A stretch of 64,000 nt of DNA from the NCBI GenBank assembly GCA_965116025.1, contig OZ220480.1, forward strand, positions 193,335 through 257,334, written 5' to 3'. Below the pieces are notes generated by a model. That model saw only the letters and a program-made list of their open reading frames with translations. It was not told the DNA's origin and made no database searches. The position numbers and the translations under genes are program-made. Source of the DNA: an uncultured candidatus Porisulfidus sp. Lineage in GTDB: Bacteria > Pseudomonadota > Gammaproteobacteria > Poriferisulfidales > Poriferisulfidaceae. Positions 61,328 to 64,000 of the stretch are shown here, piece by piece (position 1 is the stretch's first letter; every line of letters starts with the position of its first letter).

Positions 61328-61909
61328 ATGACTCAAGCCCACGCTCAAGAGGCTTCCCAGCGGCCGCCCGCGTTTGATACGATAAAGGGGCAGAAGAAGC
61401 TGACGAACGGGGGCTTCTCGGAGAATCAGGCCATGACCATCGTCGAGACCATCCAAGACTCCCAAGCGGAGCTCGTCACGAGAGACGATTTGCTCTCGAC
61501 GCGGAAAGATCTGAAAGCCGAGATCGTGAAATTGGGACTTGAGCTTCGCAACGAGTTCCGTAACGCGATTAACACCTTGCGCGACGAGTTCCGAGGCGAG
61601 TTGCATAGAGAGATTGACGGCCTGCGCCAGGAGATGCATAGAGAGATTGGCGACCTGCGCCAGGAGATGCATAGAGAGATTGGCGGCCTGCGCAAGGAGA
61701 TGCATAGCGAGATTGGCGGCCTGCGCAAAGAAATGCGAGATCAATTTTCCGCCATGCATGATCAATTTTCGGCCATGCAGGGTCAGTTTTCCGCTATGCA
61801 GGATCGTCTTTCCACTATGCTGTGGCGCATCCTGATTGGTTTCGGGGTGATCGTTGGTATTTTCGGAACCATTGTCGGGATCATCTTCACGCTGATTGGC
61901 GGAAAGTAG
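61328..61909 (+). CDS. DUF1640-like coiled-coil membrane protein with internal tandem repeats
   Basis: 193 aa. Four 11-aa repeats HREIxxLRxEM (4 x 33 bp at 61604-61735), then four 7-aa repeats xxQFSAM (4 x 21 bp at 61738-61821), and a C-terminal TM helix ILIGFGVIVGIFGTIVGIIFTLIGG. Confidence 0.65.
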   Translation: MTQAHAQEASQRPPAFDTIKGQKKLTNGGFSENQAMTIVETIQDSQAELVTRDDLLSTRKDLKAEIVKLGLELRNEFRNAINTLRDEFRGELHREIDGLRQEMHREIGDLRQEMHREIGGLRKEMHSEIGGLRKEMRDQFSAMHDQFSAMQGQFSAMQDRLSTMLWRILIGFGVIVGIFGTIVGIIFTLIGGK

Positions 61910-62230
61910 TGCTTCGAGCCAGACGGCTTTACCAGATCGTCAACGTCGCGAGCTGGAGTGCCCACCGGACAGTGCGGGGATTCCTGAACAAATGACTAGA
62001 GCAAGTGAAGACGCGCGATCACCATGATCGTGCTTAATCTGGCGAGGCAGCGGACTTAAAAACAAGATGAGCGACAATCCATCGATCTCCGTATGGTCGC
62101 TATTGTCAAAGCCGAGTTGATCTCTGGTGAAAACCACGGTCTTGCCCGCAAAACGGTCGGATCCGTCCTTAATTTCTCGAAGGTTCTGGATACGAACAAG
62201 GAAGAGACCAAAGTACCCCGGACATCCTGA

Positions 62231-64000
62231 ATGGAAAACCGAAAATGGATGCGCCGAGCATTATGGATCACGCTGGCCTGCATCATCATCGTTTTGGCTT
62301 CGACGCTCGCCGCGCTTTTTCTCAGCCGCCCGCAAGTTTCTGGATTTGAGAATCTCATTGGTCTGGACCACCCGGTCGCCGTTTCCCGAGACATCATCGG
62401 GCATACCAAGATACAGGCTAGATCGCGGGAAGACATCGCTCGGGCCGCGGGCTTCATCCATGCGCAGGAGCGCTTTCTTTCCATGGATTTACGTCGTCGG
62501 TTCGCGGCGGGCGAGATAGCCGCTTTGCTGGGAACCTTTGGATTAGGACAGGATCGAGAAAATCGACCGCACCGTTTTCGAGAAAAGGCGCGGAAAATCG
62601 TCACCGGCTTATCCGAAAAGGAGCACGCCATCCTGCGGGCCTACGCGGAAGGAGTCAACCAGGGTCTGGAAGCGCTTCCCGTTTGGCCTTTTCCCTATGT
62701 CTTGTTTCTGACCCGACCCGATCCATGGAAACCGGAAGACAGCATTCTGTCGCTCTTCGCCATGCATTTGGTTCTCCAAGGCGGGCGCTGGAAATACGAT
62801 TCCGTGGTGGGAGTCCTCCACGAGGTTTTCGGGGCGGATGTCACGGACTTCCTAGTGCCGGTAGGCACCCACCACGACGCTCCTTTGGATGACACTCCGA
62901 TTCCACTATATCTCCCACGAGTGCCCGAAGCGCATGAGATTGACCTGAGATCAACCCCCTTGAATCCAGAAAATATCAAGAATGTACGAATGTCGTGGGA
63001 AACCCCCGGAAGCAACGCTTTCGCTGTTAGTGGCGACCTGAGCTCTCACGACAGCGCTTTATTGGCCAACGATATGCATCTGGTATTGCTGGTGCCGAAC
63101 ATTTGGTATCGGATGCATTGGCAATGGAAAGAAGATGGAACGAGTCACATGGTCAGTGGCCTTACCCTCCCGGGGCTGCCTTGGCTGATCGCTGGAAGCA
63201 ACGGACGAATCGCTTGGGGCTTCACCAATAGCAACGTCGATAGTCAAGACTTGATCGAGCTTAGTCCCGGAGATGCCTCGTTAACCACGATCAAGGAAAC
63301 GTTGGAAGTCCGCTTTGGTATGGACGAGAAATTCGCTTATGAAGTTTCTCCTTGGGGGCCCGTCGTCAGCGAAACATCCGAAAACCGGAAGCATGCGCTG
63401 CGCTGGGCCTCGTATTGGTTGACGGGAGACCACATCAATTTCAGCCAGATTGAAACGTCCGAAGACGCGCGTTCCGCTATTCCTTTGTTTCAGAAATCCG
63501 CGATTCCAGGGCAAAACGTGGTGATGGCGGACCATAAAGGAAATATCGCTTGGACTATCGCCGGCATCTTGCCCAAGCGCGATGGTTATAGTGGCCGAAT
63601 CCCGATCGGGAGCACCGTGCCGAGCCTTCCTCCTCAGTGGCTGTCGCTCGGCGAATACCCTGTGGAGATCAATCCTCCCGGCCAACGCCTCTGGTCAGCG
63701 AACAGTCGTCATGTCGGTGGCGAGCGATTCGCCGTTCTGGGAGATGGCCGCTACACATCCGGGATGCGAGCTCGGCAGATTCGAAACCGTCTGAGAGAGC
63801 AAGAAACGTTTCGCGAATCCGACTTGCTGGCTATACAACGTGACAACCGGGCGGAATATTTGGATGAGTGGTATCCCAGGATCGAGCGCGCGATGAACCA
63901 GCCCAGCGTCACCCCTTTGGTGAAGCGCCACCGCATTCGCGAATGGCTGGAAAAATGGAACGGGCGAAGCGATGCTGACAGCGTCGGCTACCGAATCATG
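62231..64000 (+). CDS. penicillin acylase family (Ntn-hydrolase) protein, 3' end beyond the window
   Basis: N-terminal TM/signal anchor, then long similarity to penicillin/AHL acylases (...GPVVSETSENRKHALRWASYWL..., SNAFAVSGDLSSHDSALLANDMHL). The open frame runs to the window end. Confidence 0.6.
   Translation, partial: MENRKWMRRALWITLACIIIVLASTLAALFLSRPQVSGFENLIGLDHPVAVSRDIIGHTKIQARSREDIARAAGFIHAQERFLSMDLRRRFAAGEIAALLGTFGLGQDRENRPHRFREKARKIVTGLSEKEHAILRAYAEGVNQGLEALPVWPFPYVLFLTRPDPWKPEDSILSLFAMHLVLQGGRWKYDSVVGVLHEVFGADVTDFLVPVGTHHDAPLDDTPIPLYLPRVPEAHEIDLRSTPLNPENIKNVRMSWETPGSNAFAVSGDLSSHDSALLANDMHLVLLVPNIWYRMHWQWKEDGTSHMVSGLTLPGLPWLIAGSNGRIAWGFTNSNVDSQDLIELSPGDASLTTIKETLEVRFGMDEKFAYEVSPWGPVVSETSENRKHALRWASYWLTGDHINFSQIETSEDARSAIPLFQKSAIPGQNVVMADHKGNIAWTIAGILPKRDGYSGRIPIGSTVPSLPPQWLSLGEYPVEINPPGQRLWSANSRHVGGERFAVLGDGRYTSGMRARQIRNRLREQETFRESDLLAIQRDNRAEYLDEWYPRIERAMNQPSVTPLVKRHRIREWLEKWNGRSDADSVGYRIM

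Noticed and set aside
1-64000. CRISPR arrays, rRNA genes, an integrase next to tRNA-Ser
   Set aside because: I looked for direct-repeat and spacer periodicity, rRNA-like conserved stretches, and a tyrosine recombinase gene near 33.0-33.2 kb. None is present. The repeats seen are gene-family or IS repeats, and the tRNA-adjacent gene is a TraD-like ATPase, not an integrase.

Overview
This 64-kb window is a high-GC (roughly 60-65%) chromosomal segment. The housekeeping gene order (grpE-nadK-recN-bamE-rnfH-ratA, dapB-dnaJ-dnaK, carA-carB-greA, rimP-nusA-infB-rbfA-truB) indicates a gammaproteobacterium.

The backbone genes are murA (partial), mlaC, carAB, greA, a TonB-dependent receptor, the rimP-nusA-infB-rbfA-truB operon, sppA, maf, dapB-dnaJ-dnaK-grpE, nadK-recN-bamE-rnfH-ratA, an NSS-family transporter, a YccA/BI-1 protein, grxD, rnt, argG, mlaA and a penicillin-acylase-family gene (partial).

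The main finding is an eight-member family of approximately 600-690-aa secreted, porin-like (predicted beta-barrel) proteins.
- The eight copies form four tail-to-tail (convergent) gene pairs: ~1.75-5.95 kb, ~25.4-30.0 kb, ~44.1-48.4 kb and ~51.6-56.0 kb.
- Each pair is split by a conserved ~590-630-bp spacer that carries two facing rho-independent terminators and conserved hairpins.
- All copies share a near-identical ~330-aa N-terminal framework and a ~110-aa C-terminal framework.
- The central segment is a hypervariable, lower-GC cassette of 150-250 aa.
- Two allelic forms of the N-terminal region and three cassette types are combined independently. This reticulate pattern looks like a cassette-based surface-protein variation system maintained by intragenomic gene conversion.
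- Several copies lack an ATG start, which may mark them as silent cassettes.
- One copy is frameshifted, and one has an IS4-family element with a 9-bp target-site duplication inserted about 150 bp upstream.

The accessory content is as follows.
- A tightly coupled OLD/ABC-type ATPase gene plus a DUF4276-like, Toprim-like partner form a putative anti-phage module.
- A NERD-domain helicase gene lies next to paralog pair 2.
- A tRNA-Ser(UGA) is flanked by an orphan TraD/VirD4-like coupling ATPase gene and the IS4 element, which looks like a decayed integrative-element relic.
- An IS110-family element sits in AT-rich DNA next to a gene for a protein with two TerB-like repeats and a C-terminal BRCT domain.
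- A twice-frameshifted IS5-family element is present.
- A DUF1640-like coiled-coil membrane protein gene carries 33-bp and 21-bp tandem repeats.

No CRISPR array or rRNA gene is present.
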